From NCBI GenBank assembly GCA_944387895.1, contig CALXGQ010000021.1, positions 15,199 to 79,198 of the forward strand: a stretch of DNA of 64,000 nucleotides, in the 5' to 3' direction. Positions 47,939 to 56,933 of the stretch are shown here, one piece after another. A program made the translations under genes and the position numbers. Position 1 is the first letter of the stretch, and every line of letters begins with the position of its first letter. Below the pieces are notes generated by a model, which saw only the letters and a list, made by a program, of their open reading frames with translations, ran no database searches and was not told the DNA's origin. Source of the DNA: an uncultured Clostridia bacterium (GTDB taxonomy: Bacteria > Bacillota > Clostridia > Oscillospirales > QAKW01).

Positions 47939-48378
47939 ATGATGAATAGCAAGCAATACCGGGAGCATATCGAGCGTACTTTCAACGCCTTTTGCAAGAT
48001 CGTCCTTTATCATGCGGCGCTGGGCGCTTACAAGAAACTGCGGAAAAAGCAGCAATTTGAAGTGTCCCTCGACGATCTTCGGGAGTTTGATTTTGAGCCG
48101 GTTGCCACAGCAGATGAGTATTTTGTGAGATACGATGTGTCTACCGCCTTTACCGTTCGCGGGAAAACGGTCATCGTGGAAAACGAACAGTTAGCAGCCG
48201 CGCTTTTGCGCTTGCAGAGAAACGACGGGAAGTGCTGCTTTTGCGCTACTATCTCGGTTACAGCGACACAGAAATCGGAGAAATGTTTGGCGTTTGCAGA
48301 AGTACAATCTTCCGCAGACGGAAAAGGGCATTACGTTTCATGCGAAAAGAAATGGAGGCGTTAGAGAATGAAGAATAG
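47939..48378 (+). pseudogene. Tn916 orf7-like sigma-70-family factor, interrupted by a -1 frameshift near 48215
   Basis: Frame 1 gives MMNSKQYREHIERTFNAFCKIVL..LAAALLRLQ, then nonsense. The next frame reads EKRREVLLLRYYLGYSDTEIGEMFGVCRSTIFRRRKRALRFMRKEMEALENEE (region 4 HTH), ending at TAG 48376-48378. Confidence 0.7.
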
Positions 48379-48577
48379 GAAGTACAATTTGCTGCCCTAT
48401 GAAACGATTGTAAAGGCAGCCGCCGGGGAGCCGGAAGCGGTAAATGCGGTCATTCAAAACTATATTGGTTACATCAAGTATCTGTCCTACTTTCAAGGGT
48501 ATATCAACGACGATATTCAAGAGTATCTCAAAGCATCCTTGATGGAAGCCCTGCCCAAGTTCCGCTTTGACAGATGA
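48368..48577 (+). CDS. Tn916 orf8-like helix-turn-helix protein
   Basis: 69 aa: MKNRKYNLLPYETIVKAAAGEPEAVNAVIQNYIGYIKYLS.. It overlaps the end of the sigma pseudogene, as in the orf7/orf8 pairs of Tn916-family elements. Confidence 0.65.
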   Translation: MKNRKYNLLPYETIVKAAAGEPEAVNAVIQNYIGYIKYLSYFQGYINDDIQEYLKASLMEALPKFRFDR

Positions 48578-48734
48578 CAAGTAGCAAAGCCAGAAAAAGC
48601 GGGCAAGAAGTTTTTGATTTCTTACCCGCTTTCTGTCACAATCCGCATGGCAGCTACCCTGTTTCAGTTGATTGTTGATACCGTTTTATGAGTAGCTACC
48701 ATTATGGCTCCTTTTTTTGCGTCCAGGCGCCTTC

Positions 48735-49250
48735 TTAAAAGCGCAGGCGCCTGGTCTTTTGGATCAGCAGCGCTCCGGCAAGGCCGATAAACGCCCCGGC
48801 AACGGTTCCACTGATGGTCAGAAAGATCATATAATATCCGATCTCCGCCGTTTCCATTACCAGCATCGCGATCAGGATCTGGCCCAGATTATGCGCCACG
48901 CCGCCGGCGACGCTGACGCCGACAATCGAAAAAAGCTTCGTTTTTTTCATCAGCGCCATCAGCACAAGGCTGAGAGCTGCGCCTGCAAAGCTGAAGGCCA
49001 GCGTCAGGAGGTTGCCAAAGAGCAGGGCGGAAAGCCCCAGCCGCACCAGCGAAACCGCCGCCGCCTCTTTTACGCCGCAGCGATACAGCAGAAAAATAAT
49101 CACCATGTTTGGCAGACCCATTTTGATGCCGGGCACCGCCGACCAAAGGGGCGGCAGCAGGGACTCCACATAGGAGAGCACCAGCGCCGCGCCGGCCGCA
49201 AGACCCAGAAACACCAACTTTTTCGTTTGGGCTCCCATCGATTCCTTCAT
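48735..49250 (-). CDS. Gx transporter family membrane protein (formerly heptaprenyl diphosphate synthase component I-like)
   Basis: 171 aa with 5 TM helices: LSYVESLLPPLWSAVPGIKMGLPNMVIIFLLY.. ATGA-type overlap with the upstream NusG-II gene. Confidence 0.7.
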   Translation of the reverse strand: MKESMGAQTKKLVFLGLAAGAALVLSYVESLLPPLWSAVPGIKMGLPNMVIIFLLYRCGVKEAAAVSLVRLGLSALLFGNLLTLAFSFAGAALSLVLMALMKKTKLFSIVGVSVAGGVAHNLGQILIAMLVMETAEIGYYMIFLTISGTVAGAFIGLAGALLIQKTRRLRF

Positions 49251-49642
49251 CCGTTCCCTCCGACCTGCGTTCCGCCATCCACCGCGCCGGCGGAGCCGGA
49301 CGCCTGAATTTTCACCACCAGCTTATGCGGCAGGCAAACGATGGTTTCCCCAGCTTCCGCAATCGGGCGATGCGCCACGCAGATGCCGTCCGGACAATCC
49401 GCCTCGGCAATAGAGGCCGCTCCGTCCCGGATCACCAGCGTATTGCTGCCCTCTGCGCCGGAAACCACCGTTTCCAGATCCTCCGACAACGGATAACGCG
49501 CCGTTTCCACGCCGTCGATCAGCACCACCGCCCATTCGCCGGGCCGGCGGCTGAGCCGAAAAGCCAGCAGCCCCGCCAGCGCGATCAGGAGCAGCGCGGC
49601 GATCAGGATCAGATCGTTGCGCAGCCGCTTTTTCCGCGTCAT
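49247..49642 (-). CDS. NusG domain II-containing membrane-anchored protein (DUF1312-like)
   Basis: 131 aa from ATG 49642. It has a TM anchor, then VVLIDGVETARYPL..NTLVIRDGAASIAEADCPDGICVAHRPI..IVCLPHKLVVKI. It starts 4 nt after the rnfB stop. Confidence 0.7.
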   Translation of the reverse strand: MTRKKRLRNDLILIAALLLIALAGLLAFRLSRRPGEWAVVLIDGVETARYPLSEDLETVVSGAEGSNTLVIRDGAASIAEADCPDGICVAHRPIAEAGETIVCLPHKLVVKIQASGSAGAVDGGTQVGGNG

Positions 49643-49646
49643 GGCG

Positions 49647-50459
49647 TCACACCGCGCCGGCAAGAGAAAAATCCGCCGCTTTCAGGCACCCGGTGGGGCA
49701 GCCTTCTGCGCAGAGACCGCAGCCGCTGCACCGGGCGTAATCGATCACCGCCAGATTCCCGGCCACGGAAACGGCCCCCTCCGGACAGCTGCGCTCGCAT
49801 TTCCGGCAGCCGATGCAGGCGTTTGCGCAGGCCTTACGGGCGGCAGCACCCGGATCTCTGCTGCTGCACAGAACAACGCTCTTTCCGCTCCGCGGAACCA
49901 GAGAAATGATCTCTTTCGGGCAGGTTTCGACGCATTTTTTACAGCCGATGCAGATCCGGCTGTCGATCCGGGCTACACCGTCGGCCATGCAGATCGCGCC
50001 GGTCGGACAGACCGCCGCGCAGTCGCCGCAGCCCAGGCACCCGTACCGGCAGGCGCCCGGCCCGCCAAACAGCATGGCGACCGCCCGGCAGCTCTCCATT
50101 CCGTCGTATTGCGCTCTGGCAGGCGAAGCGGTGCAGGTGCCGTTGCAATGAACGACCGCTATTTTCGCTTCAACCGCCTCTACCTGAAGCCCCAGGATCT
50201 CCCCGATCTGCCGGGCGGTTTCGTTCCCGCCGGGGATGCAGAGGTTCGGCTCCGCTTTCCCCTCTCCCAGCGCCCGGGCATATCCATCGCAGCCGGTGAA
50301 GCCGCAGGCGCCGCAGTTGGCCCCGGGCAGGCATTCCCGCAGCCGGCCGACCGTTTCATCTTCCCGCACCATCATAAAGTGGGAAGCCAGCACCAGCAGG
50401 ATCCCGGCGATCAGCCCGATCAGACCCACCACAAGAAGACAAGTTAAAATCTCATTCAT
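49647..50459 (-). CDS. rnfB: Rnf complex subunit B (polyferredoxin)
   Basis: 270 aa. It has an N-terminal TM helix, the CGACGFTGC cluster motif and four CxxCxxCxxxCP motifs. Confidence 0.9.
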   Translation of the reverse strand: MNEILTCLLVVGLIGLIAGILLVLASHFMMVREDETVGRLRECLPGANCGACGFTGCDGYARALGEGKAEPNLCIPGGNETARQIGEILGLQVEAVEAKIAVVHCNGTCTASPARAQYDGMESCRAVAMLFGGPGACRYGCLGCGDCAAVCPTGAICMADGVARIDSRICIGCKKCVETCPKEIISLVPRSGKSVVLCSSRDPGAAARKACANACIGCRKCERSCPEGAVSVAGNLAVIDYARCSGCGLCAEGCPTGCLKAADFSLAGAV

Positions 50460-50492
50460 TCCAAACTCTCCTTCATCATGAAACGATCCCGC

Positions 50493-51092
50493 TCAGGCAA
50501 ATAAATGATCCACGACCCCGGCAAAGCCGAAAAACGCCAGCGAAACAAAGGAAGCGGCGATCAGGGTGACCGGCAGGCCTCTGAAAGGCGTTGGGATTTC
50601 CGATTCCTGGATCTTGCTGCGGATCCCGGAAAACAGCACCATCGCCAGCATGAATCCAAGCCCGCAGCCCAAAGAGCTGGCCATCGATTCAAAAAATCCG
50701 TAGCCGTCGGTCATGTTGTTGATGGTCACGCCCAGAACCGCGCAGTTGGTCGTGATCAGCGGCAGATAGACGCCCAGGCTTTTATGCAGCGCGGGCAGAA
50801 ATTTTTTCAGGGTGATCTCCGTGAACTGAACCAGCGCCGCGATCACCAGAATAAAAACGATCGTCTGCATATAGCCCAGCCCCGCCCGATCCAGAACGTA
50901 GATCTGGATCGGCCAGGTCACGGCCGTTGCCATCAGCATCACAAAGATAACGGCAACGCCCATCCCCGCCGCCTGATTGAGCTTTTTGGAAACCCCCAGA
51001 AAGGGGCAGATCCCGAGAAACCGGCTCAAAACGTAGTTATTGACCAAAACCGAGGACATAATGATCATGATGATATTCTTAAATCCGTCCAT
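50493..51092 (-). CDS. rnfA: Rnf complex subunit A
   Basis: 199 aa polytopic protein: VLVNNYVLSRFLGICPFLGVS. Confidence 0.9.
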   Translation of the reverse strand: MDGFKNIIMIIMSSVLVNNYVLSRFLGICPFLGVSKKLNQAAGMGVAVIFVMLMATAVTWPIQIYVLDRAGLGYMQTIVFILVIAALVQFTEITLKKFLPALHKSLGVYLPLITTNCAVLGVTINNMTDGYGFFESMASSLGCGLGFMLAMVLFSGIRSKIQESEIPTPFRGLPVTLIAASFVSLAFFGFAGVVDHLFA

Positions 51093-51093
51093 C

Positions 51094-51786
51094 TTATGCC
51101 TCCTCCTTTACCCCGGCGCCATCGCAGCTCCCGCTGCAATAGGCGGCGGAGGCGCAGCCCGCGCAGGAAAAGCTTTTTTTCCGGGGCGCTCTGCCATGGG
51201 TCAGCCAGCTGACCAACGCAATCATGACGCCATACACCAGCATCCCGCCGGGCGCCTTGACCAGAAAATCCACCGTATGATCCCGCAGGAAGGGGATTTC
51301 CATCCCCGCAAAGCTGCCGCTGCCAAAGACCTCCCGGATCACGGCGATGGAAAGCAGCGCCAGCGTGAAGCCCAGCCCCATGCCGATTCCGTCCAAAGCG
51401 GATTTTCCAACGGAATTTTTTCCGGCGAACATCTCCGCTCGGCCGAGGATGATGCAGTTGACCGTAATCAGCGCCAGGTATACGCCCAGCAGGTCATAAA
51501 GCTCCGGCAGAAACGCGTGCATGAACATCTGCACCAGCGTCACAAAACCGGCGATGATCACAATATAACAGGGGATCCGCACCGTTTCCGGGATCAGCTT
51601 GCGAAACAGGGAAATCACCACGTTGGAACAAATCAAAACCGCCGCGGCCGCCAGCCCCATCGCCAGCGCGCCGATCACAGTAGTGGTGGTCGCCAGCGTG
51701 GGGCAGGTGCCCAAAATCAGAACAAAAACCGGGTTTTCCAGCAGCAGACCCTTTATCAGGATCGCCATATTGCCGTTCTTTTTCAT
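51094..51786 (-). CDS. rnfE: Rnf complex subunit E (with a Cys-rich C-terminal tail)
   Basis: 230 aa with LLENPVFVLILGTCPTLATT. The C-terminal 34 aa contain C-x2-C-x5-C-x3-C. Confidence 0.9.
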   Translation of the reverse strand: MKKNGNMAILIKGLLLENPVFVLILGTCPTLATTTTVIGALAMGLAAAAVLICSNVVISLFRKLIPETVRIPCYIVIIAGFVTLVQMFMHAFLPELYDLLGVYLALITVNCIILGRAEMFAGKNSVGKSALDGIGMGLGFTLALLSIAVIREVFGSGSFAGMEIPFLRDHTVDFLVKAPGGMLVYGVMIALVSWLTHGRAPRKKSFSCAGCASAAYCSGSCDGAGVKEEA

Positions 51787-51788
51787 CT

Positions 51789-52382
51789 TCAGGCCACCCC
51801 CTTCAGCAATCCACAGATCCCCAAAGCGGCGGCCGCTCCGCTCAGCGCCGTTCCGGCGCCGCCGGAGGCTCCGGCTTCCTCGCTGCTGAGGATCAACGCC
51901 GTTTCCAGCGCGTCCTTGATGGCGTTTTTATAGGCTTCGGTGGTCATGGTGGCGCCGGAGATCACGTCCAGGCCGTCGACCGTTTCGGCCGTCGCCCCCA
52001 CCGCCGCCGCACCGTAGTCCGCCTCATAGCCCAGCGTTTCGCTGCTGGAAAGGCAGATCGCGCCGGTCACAACGCCGTTTTGATCCACCCCGCACAGGAT
52101 AACCATGCCCGTGGCATATCCGACCGTTTCCAGCGTAACCACATATCCGCCGCCGCCCGCGCGATAGACCTCCGTCACCGTTTCGGGAAGGGCATAGCGC
52201 CCGATCTCAACAGGCTGAAAATCCGCGCCCTCCGGCATGACCACCTTCAGCGCTTCCATGGCGGCGGCCGCCTCGTTCTCTTCGATGATCGGCGCCGTGA
52301 TCGCATTGGCGCCGGAAAGCAGAACCGCCACCGCCGCGCAGATCAACGTCAGCACCGCTATGCTTTTTATGTAGCTTTTCAT
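51789..52382 (-). CDS. rnfG: Rnf complex subunit G (FMN-binding)
   Basis: 197 aa from ATG 52382 (ATGA overlap with rnfD). It has a TM anchor and the FMN-attachment-type motif DVISGATMTT. Confidence 0.85.
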   Translation of the reverse strand: MKSYIKSIAVLTLICAAVAVLLSGANAITAPIIEENEAAAAMEALKVVMPEGADFQPVEIGRYALPETVTEVYRAGGGGYVVTLETVGYATGMVILCGVDQNGVVTGAICLSSSETLGYEADYGAAAVGATAETVDGLDVISGATMTTEAYKNAIKDALETALILSSEEAGASGGAGTALSGAAAALGICGLLKGVA

Positions 52383-53314
52383 GCTCGTTTCCCTCCAAAG
52401 GGCCGCGGCGCGGTCCAGGCTTCGATATATGGATTCAGGATATTCATCAGCAAAATCCCAAAGGATACGCCCTCCGGATAATTGCCCCAAAACCGGATCA
52501 GAACCGTGATCAGTCCGGCGCCTACACCAAAGAGGATCTTGCCCCAGGGCGTGGCCGGGGAGGTGACATAGTCTGTGGCCATAAAAATAGCGCCGATAAA
52601 CAGGCCGCCGGAAAAGATCCAGGCAAGCGCAAGGGAAAGATCAAAATCCGAAAGCACCCAGCTGAGCAGAAAAACCGTTCCGATAAAAGCGACCGGCAGG
52701 TGCCAGGTGATGACCCGGCGCGCAAGCAGATAAACGCCGCCGATCACCAGCGCCAGAACGCAGGTTTCGCCGATCGCGCCGCCGTGATTCCCGATAAAAA
52801 GATCCAGCAGCGCCGGCGCCTCCTCTCCGGCCGCCAGCTCTGCCAGCGGCGTTGCGCCGGTGGCGACGTCCGCCGAACGGGGAAAAGCAGCCTGGGTCAT
52901 GGTTCCGAAGGCTACCAGCATAAAGACCCGGGCGGTGATCGCGGGATTGACCAGATTGCAGCCGATCCCGCCAAACAGACCCTTGACCACCACAATGGCG
53001 AAAACGGCGCCCAGCACCGCCTGCCAGAGGGGGATATTGGCCGGCAGATTCAAAGCAAGCAGCAGCCCGGTGACTGCCGCGCTCCAATCGCCGACCGTCT
53101 GCTTTTTCCGCAGGATCAGATTGAACCCCGCTTCCGCCAAAACGGCAGCGGCAATGCAGGTGACGATCACCGCCGCCGCCCGGGCACCGAACCAGAGGAT
53201 CCCGGCCGCCGCCGCGGGCAGCAGGGAGAAGACGACGTCCCGCATAATGCTGCGCGTTGTTGTGGAACTATGGATATGCGGTGATGCGGAAAGATGCAGT
53301 TGTGCCTCCATCAT
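52379..53314 (-). CDS. rnfD: Rnf complex subunit D
   Basis: 311 aa polytopic protein: SPHIHSSTTTRSIMRDV..FMATDYVTSP. ATGA overlap with rnfC. Confidence 0.9.
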   Translation of the reverse strand: MMEAQLHLSASPHIHSSTTTRSIMRDVVFSLLPAAAAGILWFGARAAAVIVTCIAAAVLAEAGFNLILRKKQTVGDWSAAVTGLLLALNLPANIPLWQAVLGAVFAIVVVKGLFGGIGCNLVNPAITARVFMLVAFGTMTQAAFPRSADVATGATPLAELAAGEEAPALLDLFIGNHGGAIGETCVLALVIGGVYLLARRVITWHLPVAFIGTVFLLSWVLSDFDLSLALAWIFSGGLFIGAIFMATDYVTSPATPWGKILFGVGAGLITVLIRFWGNYPEGVSFGILLMNILNPYIEAWTAPRPFGGKRA

Positions 53315-54630
53315 TGAGCCGCCTCCTTTTCTTTTGCCCGGGCATCCCGCAGAACAGCCTTGGCCAGCTTATTGGTCTGAACCAGCGGCCGGCCGGCCGG
53401 GCAGATATATGCGCAGCAACCGCATTCCATGCAGAGCTCCGGCTGCAGCTTTTCCAGCTTTTTCACGTCCCCGTTCCGGTACGCCCTTGCGATCGCGGCG
53501 GGGCGCAGATGGAAGGGACAATGGTTCTGGCAGGCGCCGCAGCTGATGCAGGCAGTCGGCGCGGGAATCGCGGCGTCCTTTTCGCTGAAGGCCAGCAGGG
53601 CGTTGGTATTTTTAAGAACCGGCGCGGCCAGATCGGGAACGGAAACGCCCATCATCGGCCCTCCGTACAGCACCTTCCCGGGCGCGGCGGAAAACCCGCC
53701 GCAGGCTTCGAATACATCCCCGGCCGCCATGCCGATCGGAACGATCACATTGCCCGGCTCCCGGACTGCGCTGCCGTCTACCGTGATGCAGCGCTCCACC
53801 AGCGGCATCCCGGTGCGCAGATAGCGCCCGATGGCCGCAAGGGTGGAACAGTTGGAAACCACGCAGCCCACGTCGATCGGCAGCTTTCCGGCGGGAACGA
53901 CCTTCCCGGTGGTATGATAGATCAGCACCTTCTCCCCGCCCTGGGGATAAAGGGTGCGCAGCGGACGGACGGTGATACGCGGATCCTGCTCCGCCAGCCT
54001 GCGCATCTGAGCGATGGCCTCTTTTTTGTTGTTTTCAATACCGATCAGGATCCGGGGGATGCCCAGATGCTCCTCCAGCGCCCGGAAGGCCAGCGCCATA
54101 TCCGCCGATTCATCCAACATGGCGCGGGTATCGCTGGTGATATAGGGCTCGCATTCGGCGCCGTTGACAATCAGCTCCCGGATCCGGCCCGGATCCTCCG
54201 TAAGAAATTTCACATAGGTGGGAAACCCGGCGCCGCCAAGACCCACCACGCCGCTTTTTCGGATCGCTTCGATCAGATCCGCGCGGCTGCCGACCACCGG
54301 CGGGCAAAGGGCCGGATCCGGCGTCATGGCGCCATCGGATTCGATCAGGATCGCCGGCACGGCCGCGCCGCCGGAAAGAACGATCTCCGTGATCTTCTTC
54401 ACCGTTCCGGAAACGCTGGCGTAAACCGGCGAGGAGATCAGACCGTCCTGCTCCGCGACCAGCGTGCCCACGTCCACATGATCCCCGGCCTTGACCACCG
54501 GGACCGCCGGACGCCCGATATGCATCATCGTCGGCAACAGAACGCTTTTCGGCGCCGCCACACGCACCGCCGCCATCCGGGCAGTCGCCTTCCGGTGCGG
54601 CAGATGGACGCCATGAAGTGAAAAAGCCAT
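53311..54630 (-). CDS. rnfC: Rnf complex subunit C
   Basis: 439 aa from ATG 54630 (AAGGTAGG RBS). It has the NADH/FMN-binding GLGGAGFPT and two 4Fe-4S motifs (CISCGACQNHCP; CMECGCCAYICP). Confidence 0.9.
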   Translation of the reverse strand: MAFSLHGVHLPHRKATARMAAVRVAAPKSVLLPTMMHIGRPAVPVVKAGDHVDVGTLVAEQDGLISSPVYASVSGTVKKITEIVLSGGAAVPAILIESDGAMTPDPALCPPVVGSRADLIEAIRKSGVVGLGGAGFPTYVKFLTEDPGRIRELIVNGAECEPYITSDTRAMLDESADMALAFRALEEHLGIPRILIGIENNKKEAIAQMRRLAEQDPRITVRPLRTLYPQGGEKVLIYHTTGKVVPAGKLPIDVGCVVSNCSTLAAIGRYLRTGMPLVERCITVDGSAVREPGNVIVPIGMAAGDVFEACGGFSAAPGKVLYGGPMMGVSVPDLAAPVLKNTNALLAFSEKDAAIPAPTACISCGACQNHCPFHLRPAAIARAYRNGDVKKLEKLQPELCMECGCCAYICPAGRPLVQTNKLAKAVLRDARAKEKEAAQ

Positions 54631-54719
54631 TTTTGAACCTACCTTTCTGGTTTGCCTCCTGCGCAGGGCAGATCCCGGCTCTCTCCGGCTCTGCCTCTGC
54701 GGGGCGGGCATATGTCCTT

Positions 54720-54748
54720 ATTATAAGGCTCCGCCTGATTTCTGTCAA
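54720..54748 (-). promoter_or_regulatory. Consensus SigA promoter of the rnf operon (TTGACA-17-TATAAT)
   Basis: -35 at 54743-54748 and -10 at 54720-54725. The leader is about 85 nt, GC-rich and structured. Confidence 0.6.
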
Positions 54749-54845
54749 TGCTTTTTGCCGGGGAAAGCCTGCCCTGAAACCAAAAGAAACGGCCGGTTGC
54801 TGCTTCTTTCCCGGCGGCGGCGCCGACCGGGCGTATCCCCTTTTA

Positions 54846-56933
54846 TTAAAAATCAAATACCGCCCGGCCGTCCTCCAGCTTCAGCCGCGCCTCAAAGGGC
54901 TCCCCTTTTTTGGAAATGAATCCGGCAAGCTTGCGGGATCGCCCCTCCTCCAGCAGCTCCCGGGCGGCGGAGATGGGAACGGCCCGCCGGCAGATCACGC
55001 CGCTGATGCGGAATCTGCACCCCTCTTTATAAGATAGACATCCGTACCCGTAGCGCCCCTTCACCACCTGCCCGCCGCACAGGGGGCAGGTGCCTACCGC
55101 GTCGCCGTAAAATCCGGTGTCGGTATCCTGCTCCGGCGCCGTTTCCGCCGGATGAAACACCTTCTCGATCTCCCCGCGGGCGATCGCAACGCTATCCTCC
55201 ACGCGCAGCTCTCCGCGATAAACCTTTTTCAGCGCCTGACCCAGCGCGCTGGTTTTATATTTATCCATTTCGATCCCCATCCGCGCCAGCTCTTCGATCA
55301 GATAGGCGCCGCCGGGCAGAAGATAATAGGTGTCTTTTTTCAGCTCGATGTATCGGCTCTTGATCGCATTGCCGATAATCCCGGTACGGGTGGCCTCGGT
55401 GCCCAGCTCCAGCCCTTCAAAGATCGCCCGGTATTCCTCCCGGTCGTCCCCCGCGTCCGCCGCGGCCTTTTCGGATCGAAAGGGATTTTTCAGATAGTTG
55501 TTCAGCGTTTCGATGGTATAATGCCGGGGCGGCGTGGTTTCCTTCTCCTTCGGCTGAAAGCAGATCTCCACGGGATCCCCCACCGCAAGGGGCGGCAGCA
55601 GCTTGTTCTTCTGGCCGCCGTCGTCGTAGCGGGTCCAGCCGGGCTGCAAAATCATCGTGCCTTTCAGCCGGAACTCCTCCAAATCCCCTACCCGGATCAG
55701 CATCTCCGCTTTTTCAGCCAGACATTCCTCTGCGCAGAAAACAGCGGCAAACCGACGGAAAATCGTCTGATAAACCAGCATCTGCCGCTCGGTCAGCTGC
55801 TCTTTTTTCGGGATTTTATAGGTGGGGGTCAACGCGGAGTGGGATTCGATCTTGCTGTCGTCAAAAATGGTTTTTCCTTCCCGGAATTGTACCCGATATC
55901 CCAGCGCCTCCACCTGCGCCAGGATCTTTTTGATCTTGCCCTTCTCCTGCTCCGCAAGATATTCCGAGTTGGTGCGGGGATAGGTGATAAATCCCCCTTC
56001 ATAAAGCTCCTGCGCCAGCTTCAGGCTCTCCTCCATCGGCATCTTGTATTTTTTGCCCAACACATTTTGCAGCTTAGAAAGGGAATAGAGCTTCCCAGGC
56101 TGCAAAACGGTCTTTTTCTTTTTCTTTTCCGCCACAACCGCCTGGCAGGCGTTGAGCTGGGCGGCATATTCCTCCGCTCCGGCCCGGTTGCTTTGATCGA
56201 ATTTCTTTTTGGAGATCAGCTCGATCGGCGTGCCCTTTGTTTCGGCGTTGCTGACTACGGCGTAATACAGCTCCGGAACAAAGTTTTCAATAGCTTTATC
56301 CCGGTCGTAGACCGCCTTCACAATCGGGACGATGACCCGCCCCACCCGCAGCAGGACCCCGGTTTTCAGCGTGGCGTACCGGGTCAGATTGACGCCATAC
56401 AGCCAGTCCACATAGGTGCGGGCGAACCCCTCGTCGGCCAGATTCTGATACGCCTCTTCCTCCTTCATGGAGCCGAGCGCTTCCACCACCGTTTCCGGCG
56501 TCTGATCCGGGAGCCAGAGCCGGAAGAAGGGCTTTTTCACGCCGGTATGCTCCACGCAGAGCCGGATGATGATCTCGCCCTCCCGGTCGGCGTCCCCAGC
56601 GTTTACGATCCGCTCTACGTCCGGGCGGGCGCACAGGCTGCGGATCCGCTCAAACTGCTGCCGGATCCCTTCGTCGGGCTGTTTATCGGCGCCCTGCCGC
56701 AGACGAAACCGGAACTGCTCGGGAAAGCAGGGCAGGTTTTCCATCGACCAGCGGCCGGAAGCGGTGGGGCCGGTATATTCCTCGATATCGCAAAGGGAGA
56801 AAAGATGGCCAAAGGCCCAGGTAACAAGATATTCCTCTCCCTCATAATATCCGTTTCTTCGCGTGCATTTCCCGATCCCGGCCACGATATTGCGGGCCAG
56901 GCTGGGTTTTTCCGCGATGATCAGGGTGCTCAT
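54846..56933 (-). CDS. topB: DNA topoisomerase III
   Basis: 695 aa from ATG 56933 (GAGAGGAG RBS). It has the TOPRIM N-terminus MSTLIIAEKPSLARNI, a type IA core (ITYPRTNSEYL) and a C-terminal zinc ribbon CPLCGGQV..GCRF. Confidence 0.85.
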   Translation of the reverse strand: MSTLIIAEKPSLARNIVAGIGKCTRRNGYYEGEEYLVTWAFGHLFSLCDIEEYTGPTASGRWSMENLPCFPEQFRFRLRQGADKQPDEGIRQQFERIRSLCARPDVERIVNAGDADREGEIIIRLCVEHTGVKKPFFRLWLPDQTPETVVEALGSMKEEEAYQNLADEGFARTYVDWLYGVNLTRYATLKTGVLLRVGRVIVPIVKAVYDRDKAIENFVPELYYAVVSNAETKGTPIELISKKKFDQSNRAGAEEYAAQLNACQAVVAEKKKKKTVLQPGKLYSLSKLQNVLGKKYKMPMEESLKLAQELYEGGFITYPRTNSEYLAEQEKGKIKKILAQVEALGYRVQFREGKTIFDDSKIESHSALTPTYKIPKKEQLTERQMLVYQTIFRRFAAVFCAEECLAEKAEMLIRVGDLEEFRLKGTMILQPGWTRYDDGGQKNKLLPPLAVGDPVEICFQPKEKETTPPRHYTIETLNNYLKNPFRSEKAAADAGDDREEYRAIFEGLELGTEATRTGIIGNAIKSRYIELKKDTYYLLPGGAYLIEELARMGIEMDKYKTSALGQALKKVYRGELRVEDSVAIARGEIEKVFHPAETAPEQDTDTGFYGDAVGTCPLCGGQVVKGRYGYGCLSYKEGCRFRISGVICRRAVPISAARELLEEGRSRKLAGFISKKGEPFEARLKLEDGRAVFDF

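Larger units (their letters stand above)
46700..48720. mobile_element. Decayed remnant of a Clostridial integrative/conjugative element (serine-recombinase type, Tn916-like regulatory genes); boundaries approximate
   Basis: There is an abrupt drop in GC: 47281-47340 has 22/60 G+C against 38/60 at 46561-46620. It contains a truncated serine recombinase, a KTR protein, a frameshifted sigma gene and an orf8-like HTH gene. Confidence 0.6.
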
